Assembly: GCA_040901675.1 (NCBI GenBank)
Contig: JBBDYJ010000006.1
Span: 1 to 61,187 of the forward strand
Reading direction: 5' to 3'
Length of the DNA: 61,187 nt
From: Pirellulales bacterium
GTDB lineage: Bacteria > Planctomycetota > Planctomycetia > Pirellulales > JAICIG01
Shown here: positions 1 to 9,462 of the stretch, piece by piece
How the letters are laid out: the number at the start of each line of letters is the position of its first letter
Position numbering within the stretch: the first letter of the stretch is position 1
The notes under the pieces: model-generated
Databases searched by the model: none
What the model was told of the DNA's origin: nothing
The model's input: the letters and a program-made list of their open reading frames with translations, nothing else
Made by a program: the position numbers and the translations under genes

Positions 1-20
1 GAGGAAAACGGACGACGAAG

Positions 21-54
21 ACTGGGGCACGCTAGCGCTTTGCCCCAGGCACCC
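21..54 (-). repeat. REP-like family A (GGGTG[C/G]C-TGGGGCAAAGCG..AGCGTGCCCCAGT hairpin)
   Basis: ACTGGGGCACGCTAGCGCTTTGCCCCAGGCACCC with CTGGGGCA/TGCCCCAG inverted arms. Other copies at 18660-18694, 33687-33721, 35014-35048, 35083-35117, 42937-42971, 54587-54620, 54676-54700 (partial), 61035-61070, 61095-61130. Confidence 0.9.
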
Positions 55-102
55 GCGCGGAGCACGCCGGCTGGCCCCAAAGCAGTGGCACAACAAAGAA
101 TG

Positions 103-185
103 AAACGGAATGAATTCCGTTCTACTCCACGAAACGGAATGAATTCCGTTCTACTAGGCACGAAACGGAATGAATTCCGTTCTAC
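103..185 (-). repeat. REP-like family B, three tandem copies (GTAGAACGGAATTCATTCCGTTT)
   Basis: AAACGGAATGAATTCCGTTCTAC at 103-125, 132-154 and 163-185; AACGGAA/TTCCGTT palindrome with GTAG tag on the minus strand. Confidence 0.9.
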
Positions 186-3100
186 TCGAGGTCGATTTGG
201 GTCGAGGCGGGACGGGCGGGAGGCGCGGCGACGGTCACGGTCTGCTGGCCCTCGCGCTCTTTGTTGCCGGCAATGCCCTCGGCCTTGACGGTGTAGTCGC
301 CGGGGGGCAGCTCGGTGAACTCGCAGATGCCGTCGCTGCCGGTCTGCTTGGAAAGCATCTTGGGACCGGCGATGATCGAGACTTTGCACTTCTTCGCCAG
401 CGGCCGGCCGTCGAAGGTGACCTGCACGCGGAGCTTGTTGGTGGTGGGCGAATCGGCCGGACTGGTCGAGAGCGGCTTGTCGATGAAGACGGCCAGCTTC
501 TCGATGGGCGACGCCAACCCCACCTTGTCAACCGCCCGGACCAGAAAAGTATACCGGCCGGGCTCGAGCTCCTTGGTAGGCAGCAGCACGGCATAAAGGT
601 CGCCGCCATCCTCGGGCAGCCGGGTGATCTTGGGGTCTTTGATCTCGGTGTCGTTGGCGGCGGCCTTGGCAAATTCGACCTGCTCGACACCGCTGACGTC
701 GTCGGCGGCCCGGGCCGCCAGGCGCAGGTCGTCGCCTTGCCGGACCCGGACCGCTTGCGCGGCGCCGCTGACCAGGTCGAGGATCGGCGGCTGATCGTCG
801 AGCTTCACGGTCCGCCGGTCGGTCTTCAAGGCGGCACCGCCCCGCAACAGCCGGGCGCTGATCTGGATCGACTGGTTTGGATACGCCTCGGTGTCGAGAT
901 CGACCTCCAAGTCGCCGACGGCGGCCAGCAGCGTGAAGGTGCCTTCCACGTCGCCCTTCAGCAGCCGGACGTCGAAGGCGCGGTCGGTGGTAAAGCGATG
1001 CTCGTCGACGTCGCCCGGGATGGCCACGACAATCTCGTGCAGCCGCTCTTCGAGCTCGGGCGGCGGGACGTCGGCGCGCAGCTTGACGCGGACGGTGGGC
1101 GTGTCGCGGAAAGCCTGGCCTTCCGGCGGCTCGACGATCTCGACGTGGTCCAAGGCCAAAAGCTTGCGCGGCACCCGCTGGCCCGGCCCGTCGCAAAGGA
1201 CCGAGTAGATGAAGGCCCGCGGGTAGTCGTCGACCGCAAGATAGACCTCGATGCGGCGCTGGCGGTCGGGCTCGACTTCGGCAAAGAGCTCGACGGAGTG
1301 GACCCGCGGCTTGAGAACGGCCGCGGTCCGCTTGCTCTGCGAGCTGCGCAGCAGCGGATCTTCGAGCTGCCAGACAATCCTCGAACCACCCGGCGGCAAC
1401 AGTTGGTCGGCCTTGGGGCGGATCCGGACGACGATCCGTTTGCGGTCGCGGTCGTACCAGACTTCCGGATCGAGCAGGTAGTCGGCCGGGTGCCTGGGGG
1501 CCACGTCGATCCAGAACCACTGCCGTGCCTCGGCGGAAGGCCGAGCGGCGTCGTCGAGCAGGCACAACAGGCCGTTGGCCGCGGGAATCCCCTTGGGTTC
1601 CTGGTCGGCGGCAGTTGCCGCGGCGGCCGGGGGGGGATCGTCCTCTCCGCCTCCGCCCCCGACGCGCTCAGCGCCGCTCCCGGCGGCGGGCGCCGGCGCG
1701 GCGGGCGCGGCCGGCGTGAGCGGAGGCAGCGGCAAGGGGAGCTCGTTCACGTTCCCGGCGAACACCAGGTCGGTCTTCAGCAAGGCCCGGGCGCCGGGCA
1801 CGGGGCGCGCAGGCTGATCCAGATTCCAGGAGTAAGCCGAAGGGCCCGCGGCGCCGCGCGGCGGCAAGGCGAACAAGGTGTACGCCAGCTTCTTCGGCAC
1901 GCCCGACAGGTTGTGGACCGAGAGCGAGAACTCCGTGCCGCCGGTGGGGAAGGGGCGGAGCGTCAGCTTGCGGAGCGAGCCGGGCAGGGAGGCCGACGCG
2001 GCGGCGGGCTCCGTGCCGCCGTCCGGGCCAGTGGCCACCAGATCGAGCCGGTCCGGAGCGGCCACGGCGAAGCGGGTCTGGTTCTCGACCGACTCTTCGC
2101 TCAGCCGGGCGCGGAGCGTCAACGTCGTCTGGCTGATGGAGCCGTGCCGAGCTCGGACCAGCAAGGCAATCGGTTCCTCGCCGCCCGAAGCGGTGAGCGC
2201 AAGCTTCTGTTCGCGGCCCGGCGGCCAGGGTTTGCCGTCCGGAGCGGTGATTTCCAGATCGGCCGCTTCGTACTGGAGCTGGATGAGTGCCTCGCGGGCA
2301 CGGTCGTGGCGGAGCCGCCACTGGAAGCGGGTGAACTGTTCGGCGTTGATCGAGGCAGCGACGGGCTCGCCGGTGCCCTGGGCCGCCGTGGGACCCGACA
2401 GGGCCACTTTGGGGGCAGTGTCCAGATCCAGGTCCGCGAGCGGCAGATCGGCGACCAGGTTGATGCCGCCGCCCAGCGCGAGCCCCTCGAATTGCAGGTC
2501 GACGTGCTGCGCATCGCGGCCATCGATCAGCCGGAGCATGGTTTCGGCGGTCCGGCGGGTGTGATACGCGTCGGCGGTGGCGTTGGAGGCCACCTTGGCC
2601 GGCAGCGTCCGGTAGAAACTGGCCAAGGCCGAGCCGACTTCGCGAAACGCGCGGCATTGGGCGGCAACGTTTTCGGCGTCGATGTTGCGCGCGGCTGCCA
2701 GGCTCCTGGCAAGGTCGAGGTTGGCGGGAGTGACGCCGCCGGGGTCGACCACTTGGGTCAGCTTGAGCTCCCACTCGGCCCACTGGGCGATGCGCTGCCA
2801 GTTACGGGCGGCCACGGTATTGCGTTGCGAGCTGGAAGGGAGGCGGTCGTCGGCGGGCGGCTTGTCGTCCATGGCCGCCAGCATGTCCCAAAGCTGGCGC
2901 CGCTGGCCGGCCAAGGGCAGGTGAGTGTTCAACAGGGCCTCGGCTGCTTGTCCCTGGCTTGCGTAGCGGCCAGGGGCGGCGGCTCGTCGGCGGGGCCCGC
3001 TGGGCTGATCGAAGCCGGCCTGCTGGCGGAGCCGCAGCTCGATGTCGGTTTGAAGGGAGCGGACGCGTTGTTGTTGCTCGACCAAGGCAGCCAGCCATTG

Positions 3101-4918
3101 TTTGGCGTCGGGGGCGGGTTGCCCCGCGAGGCTGCCGTCGTGGCCCGGACTCTCGACGAACAGGGCGACCAGGCGCGACGATTCGCCGAGGAAGTCGGCC
3201 AGGCGCCGGCCCAACTCCGACTGGGCTGAAACGCCGGCGGCCCCGCACAGCCGAACGTAGGACGGAGCTCGAAACAGCACGTCGTTACGCAGGCGGATGG
3301 CGGCCGCGACGTCGGGGTGCTGCTCGAAACTGGTTTTCGCCGCGCCGAGGTCGAACTCCTGGCGGCGGCGGTTGATTCGTTCGAGATACGGGTCCAACCG
3401 CATGCGGGTCTTGAGCAAGTCGACGGCCGCGGGTTCGGCCGGCACGGTGCCGCCCAGCGCTTGGCGCTCGTAGCCGAGCAAGAGTTGCTCGCACTGCCGC
3501 CAGAGGTGCGGAGCGTAGTCGACGGGAGTCCAACCATCGACGCCGGCGCGGTCGTCCATGCCGTCCAACGACTGCCATTGTTGCCAGGCCAGGTCGAGCA
3601 AGCCGCGTTGTGCGAGCTCGGCGGCGGTCGGTTGGGGCGGGGCGGGTCCGGGTTTTTTGGCCGGCTGGCCTGCCTGGCCGGCCGGTGGGGGTGCCTGTTC
3701 GGTCTTGCCCGCGGGTGGGGAAGCGGCCGGTTGAGTGTCGGTGGCTGGGTCGGCACCCTGCGTGCCGGGTGCGGGCGGCTGGGTGTCTGGTGCTTGGGTG
3801 GCTGGTGCTTGGGCGGTCGGTGCTTGGGCGGCCGGCGTTTGGGCCGAGCCGGCCTGGCCGAGCGCGAGAACACCATGAGCGTTGGCGAGAGGACGGCTGA
3901 GAGGACGGCTGGGCCGGCGGGCCTGCTGTTCGGCTTCGCCGGCAGGTGCGGCGTCGTTGCTCTCGGCCACGGGGCGGGCCGCCTTGGTGAGGGGCAGGGG
4001 CTCGGGTTTGCCGCGGCCTTGCTCACCTCGCAGCAGCAGCGGAGTCTGGGTCTGGGTCTGACCGCTGGCCTGCCAGACCCAGGAGCCGACACGCGTGCTG
4101 ACGTAGTCGAACAGCTCGGCCAGGTCGACGTCGGTATTGTCGTCTTGATCGGAGTCGGCCGCGCCGGCCAGCGCCTCGGCGACGCATTGGGCAAAGACGC
4201 TGGATCGCTCGTGGTAGGAGACGTGCGACCGCTCCAGCAGGCCGTGGGATGCCAGGACCCACAGGCTGGGATCGTCGAGCTTGCGGACCTCGTCTTCGAC
4301 GAGGAGGGGGAACTCGTTGAGGAGCATGCCGGTTTGCACGTCGACTTCGAGCGTGCCGGCATCGAGGACGAGCAGCTTGGTGGAGGCGGTCGAGCGTGCG
4401 AGATGGGCCAGGAGGTCGCCGAGCTTGTATCGGCCCGATCCGCCGGTTGCACTGTAATCGCTGCAAAGCAGCCAGGCCGTCGCCTCGCCGGCGGCATCGG
4501 TCACCGAGACGCCGTGGGCCGAGACGAACAGGATCAGCACGTCGTGGCCGGCCGGCACGCCGCGGACCTGCTGGGCGAGTGACGATTCGAGCTTGGGGGC
4601 CTCGGTCAGGTTGTCCCAGACGGCGACCGTTGTGTGGGGAGATTCGTCCAGCCGCCGCCAGCGGGCCAGATCCTGGCTGACAAAGGGGAGGCTCGGGGCG
4701 TCCAGGACGTTGTAGTCGGCGATGGGAAGGCAGGCGACGTGGACCTGCCTGGGGGCGGCGAAGAGGCTCCAAACAATCCAAGCCAGCAGGCCGCAAAGCG
4801 CCAGGACCGCCGCGGTGGCCAGGATCCGCTTGACGTGGCGGCTTTCGGGCTCGGCCTTGGCCGGTTTTGCCCGCCAGGAACCACGGGTAGGATTCGAGGG
4901 GCTTCGTGAACCGGGCAT
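182..4918 (-). CDS. Large membrane-anchored protein with an N-terminal caspase-like (C14-fold) domain and C-terminal Ig/carboxypeptidase-regulatory-like domains
   Basis: 1578-aa ORF. N-terminal TM helix; ILFVSAHG...KLLVLDAG...SVFAQCVAEALAGAAD...VDLAELFDYV...QTP caspase-like pattern; Pro/Ala linkers; terminal TGSDGICEFTELPPGDYTVKA motif. Confidence 0.75.
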   Translation of the reverse strand: MPGSRSPSNPTRGSWRAKPAKAEPESRHVKRILATAAVLALCGLLAWIVWSLFAAPRQVHVACLPIADYNVLDAPSLPFVSQDLARWRRLDESPHTTVAVWDNLTEAPKLESSLAQQVRGVPAGHDVLILFVSAHGVSVTDAAGEATAWLLCSDYSATGGSGRYKLGDLLAHLARSTASTKLLVLDAGTLEVDVQTGMLLNEFPLLVEDEVRKLDDPSLWVLASHGLLERSHVSYHERSSVFAQCVAEALAGAADSDQDDNTDVDLAELFDYVSTRVGSWVWQASGQTQTQTPLLLRGEQGRGKPEPLPLTKAARPVAESNDAAPAGEAEQQARRPSRPLSRPLANAHGVLALGQAGSAQTPAAQAPTAQAPATQAPDTQPPAPGTQGADPATDTQPAASPPAGKTEQAPPPAGQAGQPAKKPGPAPPQPTAAELAQRGLLDLAWQQWQSLDGMDDRAGVDGWTPVDYAPHLWRQCEQLLLGYERQALGGTVPAEPAAVDLLKTRMRLDPYLERINRRRQEFDLGAAKTSFEQHPDVAAAIRLRNDVLFRAPSYVRLCGAAGVSAQSELGRRLADFLGESSRLVALFVESPGHDGSLAGQPAPDAKQWLAALVEQQQRVRSLQTDIELRLRQQAGFDQPSGPRRRAAAPGRYASQGQAAEALLNTHLPLAGQRRQLWDMLAAMDDKPPADDRLPSSSQRNTVAARNWQRIAQWAEWELKLTQVVDPGGVTPANLDLARSLAAARNIDAENVAAQCRAFREVGSALASFYRTLPAKVASNATADAYHTRRTAETMLRLIDGRDAQHVDLQFEGLALGGGINLVADLPLADLDLDTAPKVALSGPTAAQGTGEPVAASINAEQFTRFQWRLRHDRAREALIQLQYEAADLEITAPDGKPWPPGREQKLALTASGGEEPIALLVRARHGSISQTTLTLRARLSEESVENQTRFAVAAPDRLDLVATGPDGGTEPAAASASLPGSLRKLTLRPFPTGGTEFSLSVHNLSGVPKKLAYTLFALPPRGAAGPSAYSWNLDQPARPVPGARALLKTDLVFAGNVNELPLPLPPLTPAAPAAPAPAAGSGAERVGGGGGEDDPPPAAAATAADQEPKGIPAANGLLCLLDDAARPSAEARQWFWIDVAPRHPADYLLDPEVWYDRDRKRIVVRIRPKADQLLPPGGSRIVWQLEDPLLRSSQSKRTAAVLKPRVHSVELFAEVEPDRQRRIEVYLAVDDYPRAFIYSVLCDGPGQRVPRKLLALDHVEIVEPPEGQAFRDTPTVRVKLRADVPPPELEERLHEIVVAIPGDVDEHRFTTDRAFDVRLLKGDVEGTFTLLAAVGDLEVDLDTEAYPNQSIQISARLLRGGAALKTDRRTVKLDDQPPILDLVSGAAQAVRVRQGDDLRLAARAADDVSGVEQVEFAKAAANDTEIKDPKITRLPEDGGDLYAVLLPTKELEPGRYTFLVRAVDKVGLASPIEKLAVFIDKPLSTSPADSPTTNKLRVQVTFDGRPLAKKCKVSIIAGPKMLSKQTGSDGICEFTELPPGDYTVKAEGIAGNKEREGQQTVTVAAPPARPASTQIDLE

Positions 4919-4990
4919 GTAACTCTCCCAGTTGCTGTGTGTGGCAACGTTGCCAGGCGCCTTTGGTATACCGCCAGGCGGCGGCGGTGG

Positions 4991-5554
4991 CTAGTTCAGC
5001 GAGGGATCCTTGGGGACGTGCTTGATGCCGAGCGTCGAGACAAGCTGGGCAGTAGTAATCTGCCGGGTGAGACGGGCCCAGAGGCCGTCCTGTTCGCCGA
5101 ACACCTCCTGGGCGGTCGCGGGAAGCTGCCGCCAGAAGCCGCCCTTCAACTCTTGCTCCAACTGGCCGCGGCCCCAGCCGGCATATCCGACGAAGAACCT
5201 TCCGGAGCCGTCCTTGATGGCGACGAGGTGCTCGAGGTTCTCCTTTTGGGTGCTGAAGTAGATTTGGGGCGCGACTTCGAGATCGCGCAGCTCTTCATGG
5301 GGATGAATGGCCATCAGCGGTCCCTGGAGGGGCCCGCCCATGTCGAGCATGGCGCCGGTTTCGCAGGGGCTTTCGCTCACCTGGTCCCAGACCTGCTTGA
5401 CCGGCGTGCTGGAGCGGCGGGTGAGCATCAGGCCGATGGCGCCTTCGTCGTCGTGCTTGAAGACCAGGACCACGGAACGGGCGAAGTTGGGGTCGCGCAG
5501 CTCGGTCGAGGCGACCAGCAATTGTCCTTTCAGCGATTCGTGTGGGGGGAACAC
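4991..5554 (-). CDS. YqgE/AlgH family protein
   Basis: GQLLVA..L.DPNFARSVV, GGP and FFVGYAGWGRGQLEQEL motifs. Confidence 0.9.
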   Translation of the reverse strand: MFPPHESLKGQLLVASTELRDPNFARSVVLVFKHDDEGAIGLMLTRRSSTPVKQVWDQVSESPCETGAMLDMGGPLQGPLMAIHPHEELRDLEVAPQIYFSTQKENLEHLVAIKDGSGRFFVGYAGWGRGQLEQELKGGFWRQLPATAQEVFGEQDGLWARLTRQITTAQLVSTLGIKHVPKDPSLN

Positions 5555-5690
5555 GGGTCAGGTGAAGGCAGGAGGACGAGACGCCGGGCGGCCATGCGAC
5601 ATGCCGGTTCGCCATCCATCACTTTAAACTGTAGACTGAGAACTGAAAACTTCTGGCCAGGGGATTCTGACGTGACGGGGGGGGAGCGGA

Positions 5691-5825
5691 GACAGGCTGG
5701 AAGCCTATCCTACGGAGACAGGCTGGAAGCCTATCCTACGGGGACAGGCTGGAAGCCTATTCTACAAGACGGGACAGGCTGGAAGCCTATTTTACAAGAC
5801 GAGACAGGCTGGAAGCCTATCCTAC
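5691..5825 (-). repeat. REP-like family C, five tandem copies (GTAG GATAGGCTTCCAGCCTGTC)
   Basis: GACAGGCTGGAAGCCTATYYTAC at 5691, 5717, 5743, 5773 and 5803 with 3-7 nt spacers; AGGCT/AGCCT arms. Confidence 0.9.
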
Positions 5826-5828
5826 TGC

Positions 5829-7208
5829 ATGGCAAAGCCGCTGGTGGTCATCAATGTCGTGGGGTTGACCCATGACCTGCTGGGGCCTGACACTCCAAAC
5901 ATCCGGCGAGTCGCCGAGGAGGGGTTCGCGCGGCCCATGGGCACGGTGCTGCCGGCGGTGACCTGCTCGGCCCAGTCGACGATGCTCACGGGCCTGCCGC
6001 CGCGGGAGCACGGCATCGTGGGCAACGGCTGGTACTTCCGCGACCTGGCCGAAGTGCTCTTCTGGCGGCAGTCGAATGGCCTGGTGCACGGCGAGCGCAT
6101 CTACCAGGCCGGCAAGCGCCGCGATCCGGGCTACACGACCGCCAAGATGTTCTGGTGGTACAACATGTACGCCGACGTGGAATGGTCGATGACGCCGCGG
6201 CCCAGCTATCCGGCCGACGGCCGCAAGATCATGGACAGCTACAGCCAGCCGGCCGAGCTGCGCGACCGCTTGCAGGAAAGGCTGGGCGTGTTTCCGCTGT
6301 TGAGGTTCTGGGGACCGGGGGCGGGCATCGAGAGCTCGCGGTGGATTGCGGAGGCGAGCCGCCTGATGATCGAGCAACACGCGCCGTCGCTGACGCTGGT
6401 TTACCTGCCGCACCTGGACTACGATTTGCAGCGGTTTGGTCCGGGCGATCCACGGATCGGCGGCCAACTGCGGGCGGTGGACGCCGAGGCGGGCAAGGTG
6501 ATCGATGCGGCACGCGGGGGCGGGGCCGAGGTGGTGGTGCTCTCGGAATACGCGATCACCGAGGTCCGGCGGCCGGTCCACATCAACCGGGTGCTCCGGG
6601 AGCAGGGGTACGCGGCGGTGCGCCGCGAGCCGTTGGGCTGGGAGACGCTGGATGCCGGGGCGTCGCGGGCGTTTGCCGTGGCGGACCACCAGGTGGCGCA
6701 CGTCTATGTCCGGCGGCAGCAGGACATCGCGGGCGTGACGGCCCTGTTGCGGCGCACCGAAGGGATCGACCAGGTGCTCGATCGCGCGGGGCAGGCGGGC
6801 TATGGCCTGGACCACGAGCGCAGCGGCGAGCTGGTGGCCGTGGCTGCCCCTGATTCGTGGTTTACGTATTATTTCTGGCTGGACGACGCCCTGGCGCCCG
6901 ACTACGCACGGACCGTGGATATCCATCGCAAGCCGGGATACGACCCGGCGGAGCTGCTGGTCGATCGGGGCTTGCGGTTTCCGAAGCTGAAGGTGGCGCG
7001 GCGGCTGGCCCGCAAAGCGCTCGGATTGCGGTATTACATGGACGTGATCGGGCTGGATGCTTCGGTGGTCCGCGGCAGCCACGGCCGCCTGCCGGAGGCG
7101 GGCAGCGAGTCGAGCCGGGGGCCGGTGTTCGTATCGTCGTCCAAGGCGATCGAGCAGGACGCTATCGCGATGACGGAGGTGAAGGAGCTGCTGTTGAGGC
7201 TGCACTGA
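5829..7208 (+). CDS. Alkaline phosphatase superfamily nucleotide pyrophosphatase/phosphodiesterase (EboF-like)
   Basis: VVINVVGLT, PAVTCSAQSTMLTG..P.EHGIVGNGWY, YLPHLDY, LSEY and RGSHG motifs. Confidence 0.85.
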   Translation: MAKPLVVINVVGLTHDLLGPDTPNIRRVAEEGFARPMGTVLPAVTCSAQSTMLTGLPPREHGIVGNGWYFRDLAEVLFWRQSNGLVHGERIYQAGKRRDPGYTTAKMFWWYNMYADVEWSMTPRPSYPADGRKIMDSYSQPAELRDRLQERLGVFPLLRFWGPGAGIESSRWIAEASRLMIEQHAPSLTLVYLPHLDYDLQRFGPGDPRIGGQLRAVDAEAGKVIDAARGGGAEVVVLSEYAITEVRRPVHINRVLREQGYAAVRREPLGWETLDAGASRAFAVADHQVAHVYVRRQQDIAGVTALLRRTEGIDQVLDRAGQAGYGLDHERSGELVAVAAPDSWFTYYFWLDDALAPDYARTVDIHRKPGYDPAELLVDRGLRFPKLKVARRLARKALGLRYYMDVIGLDASVVRGSHGRLPEAGSESSRGPVFVSSSKAIEQDAIAMTEVKELLLRLH

Positions 7209-7240
7209 AGCGGAGAGCGGGGGGCGAAAGGAGGGCGCGG

Positions 7241-8131
7241 ATGCGAGTGGCGGTGACGGGTGGCGGCGGGCAATTGGGGGGCGAGCTTTGCCGCCAATGG
7301 GGCGAGGCCGCCACGCCCTTGGACTTGCCCGAGTTCGACTTGCTCGATGTCCAGGCGGTCAGGCGGGTGCTGCTGGAGCTGCGGCCGCAGGCGGTCGTGA
7401 ACACGGCGGCCTATACGGCGGTGGATCGGGCCGAAGAAGTCGAGATGCTGTGCTGCGCCGTGAACGCCGAGGCGGTGCGCACGCTGGCGGGAGTGTGCCG
7501 GGAACTGGGCTGCCCGCTGGTGCAGATCAGCACGGACTACGTGTTCGGGCGGGACGTGGCGCGTGAGCGGCCATACCGCGAGGACGACGAGCCGGGGCCG
7601 CTGGGCGTGTATGGGCAGAGCAAGCTGGCGGGGGAAGTGGAGGCGGCCGCGTGGGAGGAGCACCTGATCGTCCGCACGTGCGGGCTGTACGGCAGGCGGG
7701 GCCCGCGGACCGCCGGCAGCAGCTTCGCGGAGACGATGCTGCGGTTGGCGAGCGAGGGGAAGCATTTGCGGGTGGTGGACGATCAGCACTGCACGCCGAC
7801 GTACGTGCCGCACGTGGCGGGGGCGCTGCGGTGGCTGGTGGAGCACGGGGCCCGCGGCACGTATCACGTGGTGAACGCGGGGGCGACCACCTGGCATGAT
7901 TTTGCGGTGGAGATGTTCCGTCAAGCGGGGCTGGCAGCGAGCATCGAGCGGATCAGCACGGCCCAGTACGGGGCCCGCGCGCCGCGGCCGTTGTACAGCG
8001 TGCTCGACACGAGCAAGTACCAGGCGAGCGGCGGACCGGCGATGCCGAGCTGGCAGGAGGCGGTGGGTGAATACCTGGCGTCGCGGGGCGAGCGGGAGGA
8101 GGGTCTCGCCGGCGGCGCGAAGAGCGGCTAG
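7241..8131 (+). CDS. rfbD: dTDP-4-dehydrorhamnose reductase
   Basis: MRVAVTGGGGQLG, AAYTAVDRAE, ISTDYVF, YGQSKLAGE and RPLYSVLD motifs; ATG at 7241 after GGAGG. Confidence 0.92.
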   Translation: MRVAVTGGGGQLGGELCRQWGEAATPLDLPEFDLLDVQAVRRVLLELRPQAVVNTAAYTAVDRAEEVEMLCCAVNAEAVRTLAGVCRELGCPLVQISTDYVFGRDVARERPYREDDEPGPLGVYGQSKLAGEVEAAAWEEHLIVRTCGLYGRRGPRTAGSSFAETMLRLASEGKHLRVVDDQHCTPTYVPHVAGALRWLVEHGARGTYHVVNAGATTWHDFAVEMFRQAGLAASIERISTAQYGARAPRPLYSVLDTSKYQASGGPAMPSWQEAVGEYLASRGEREEGLAGGAKSG

Positions 8132-8832
8132 TGATCCTGGTATCCGACGAGCGAATCCATGCCCAGCCGCATCTTGAGCTCTTCGAACTGCTGATGGTAT
8201 TGATCGCTTGACGAGTGAACGTGCTCGGCCTCGGTGATGAACTTCATCTCGTCGTCGCAGCCGATGCGGTGGGCTTTGAAGACTTCTTCGAACTCGTGGA
8301 GGTTCTCGCCATAGACGATGAGCAGCTTGTGCTCGTCGAACTGGACCTCTTGCGGGACGCCCGGGTTCAAGACGGCGATGCCGGTGCAGCCGTCGTTGAG
8401 CAGCAGATCCTCGAAGTCCCAGAGGATGCTCTTGAGCACGGGCAGGTCGATGTGCTCGCGGTACAGGTCGACGTGCCCGCGGGCCTCGCGATTGTGGCTG
8501 GTTTCGAGGACGACGTCGACTTCGAAGCCGAGCGGGTCGAGCAGCTCCATGAACGTTTCGAAGAGTTGCTGGTTCGAGGCGGCGCCCATCAACACGGGGA
8601 CGCTGGCGCGCGAGTCTTCATCGTGGTATACATCGTGGCGGTAGCCCTGGCTGGGCACCACCTGGAGGTCGTAGGAGGGCCTGATGGCGTCGGTCAGGAC
8701 GAAATCGCCGTAGCGGACGACGCCGAGGTGGGCTTCCAGCTCTTCGTCGCTCAATCGCTCGAAGCTGCTGGTGCCCACGGCGACATTGCCGTCGCGGAAC
8801 ACGTTGCGGAAAAAACGCTTCAAGAACCCCAT
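8128..8832 (-). CDS. Hypothetical protein (acidic, 234 aa)
   Basis: Protein-like composition, GAGG upstream of the ATG, stop overlaps the rfbD stop (CTAG). Confidence 0.8.
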   Translation of the reverse strand: MGFLKRFFRNVFRDGNVAVGTSSFERLSDEELEAHLGVVRYGDFVLTDAIRPSYDLQVVPSQGYRHDVYHDEDSRASVPVLMGAASNQQLFETFMELLDPLGFEVDVVLETSHNREARGHVDLYREHIDLPVLKSILWDFEDLLLNDGCTGIAVLNPGVPQEVQFDEHKLLIVYGENLHEFEEVFKAHRIGCDDEMKFITEAEHVHSSSDQYHQQFEELKMRLGMDSLVGYQDH

Positions 8833-9292
8833 TGGCTTAGTCCACCTCGCGACAGGCAGCCGTAGCCACGGCGCCCGCGTTGCTGTTCAATTCTTGGTCT
8901 CCGCAAGAACCGTAGGTCATAAAGCCGCCACTCAAGTAAGTCCGCCAGGGCGGAAGTTTTTTTGGCCGCCGGAAAGACCGGCCCGCGACGGAATAATCCC
9001 CGCACCTGTTACCCGTGGACCCGCTGGGGTCGCCCACCGCCGGCTCGAAAGAACCGCGCGTGGATCCCCATTATTAGTCTAGCATTTGGCTTCCGGCCAG
9101 GCGGCCCGCCGGACCGATTTTGAACCGGAAACCGGAACGGAAAATGGGCGAGCCTGCCGGTCGCGGAAACTCCGCCAGCGCACGTGTTTCGTACAGCCGC
9201 TGCGTCCGGCCTTTTCGTCACCGGCAGCCAAAAGAAAGGACGCAAAGCCGCTGGTGAAACGGGGGCTTTCGGCTACCGGATGTCGGGCTGTC

Positions 9293-9380
9293 GACCACTC
9301 GGAGCGGGTGGACCGCACTACGCCACCACTCGCGGAGCGAGCGGACCACCCTACGCCACCACTCGCGGGGCGAATGGAAC
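9293..9380 (-). repeat. REP-like family F, three degenerate tandem copies (GTAG..GTCCRCTCGCTCCGCGAGTGG)
   Basis: CCACTCGCGGAGCGAGCGGACCACCCTAC and variants; a related copy lies at about 21400-21433. Confidence 0.75.
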
Positions 9381-9462
9381 CATATTCCTGGAGCCGCCGG
9401 CGGACCTGGCCCCCCGGCAGGTCAATCCATGTCCTTGTCCTTCATCCCCTACGCAGCGAACA

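Noticed and set aside
103..185. CRISPR array
   Set aside because: Spacers are 6-8 nt, and the same unit is dispersed at 20113-20209 and 40698.
163..185. Pyrrolysine or other TAG recoding signalled by the downstream hairpins
   Set aside because: The proteins appear complete at the TAG, downstream sequence is repeat DNA, and no pyl genes are visible.
170..3229. 1019-aa plus-strand ORF, and other long antisense ORFs such as 13720-15411, 28934-30874, 40253-42451 and 52068-53588
   Set aside because: Shadow ORFs opposite well-supported genes, as expected in high-GC DNA; no recognisable motifs.
5691..5825. CRISPR array
   Set aside because: Spacers are only 3-7 nt, repeats are GTAG-tagged hairpins, and no cas genes are present.
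9220..9285. c-di-GMP-I riboswitch (GGACGCAAAGCC core)
   Set aside because: Lacks the upstream GGCAAAC/GNRA stem and the tetraloop receptor, and no plus-strand gene follows. An Infernal scan would settle it.
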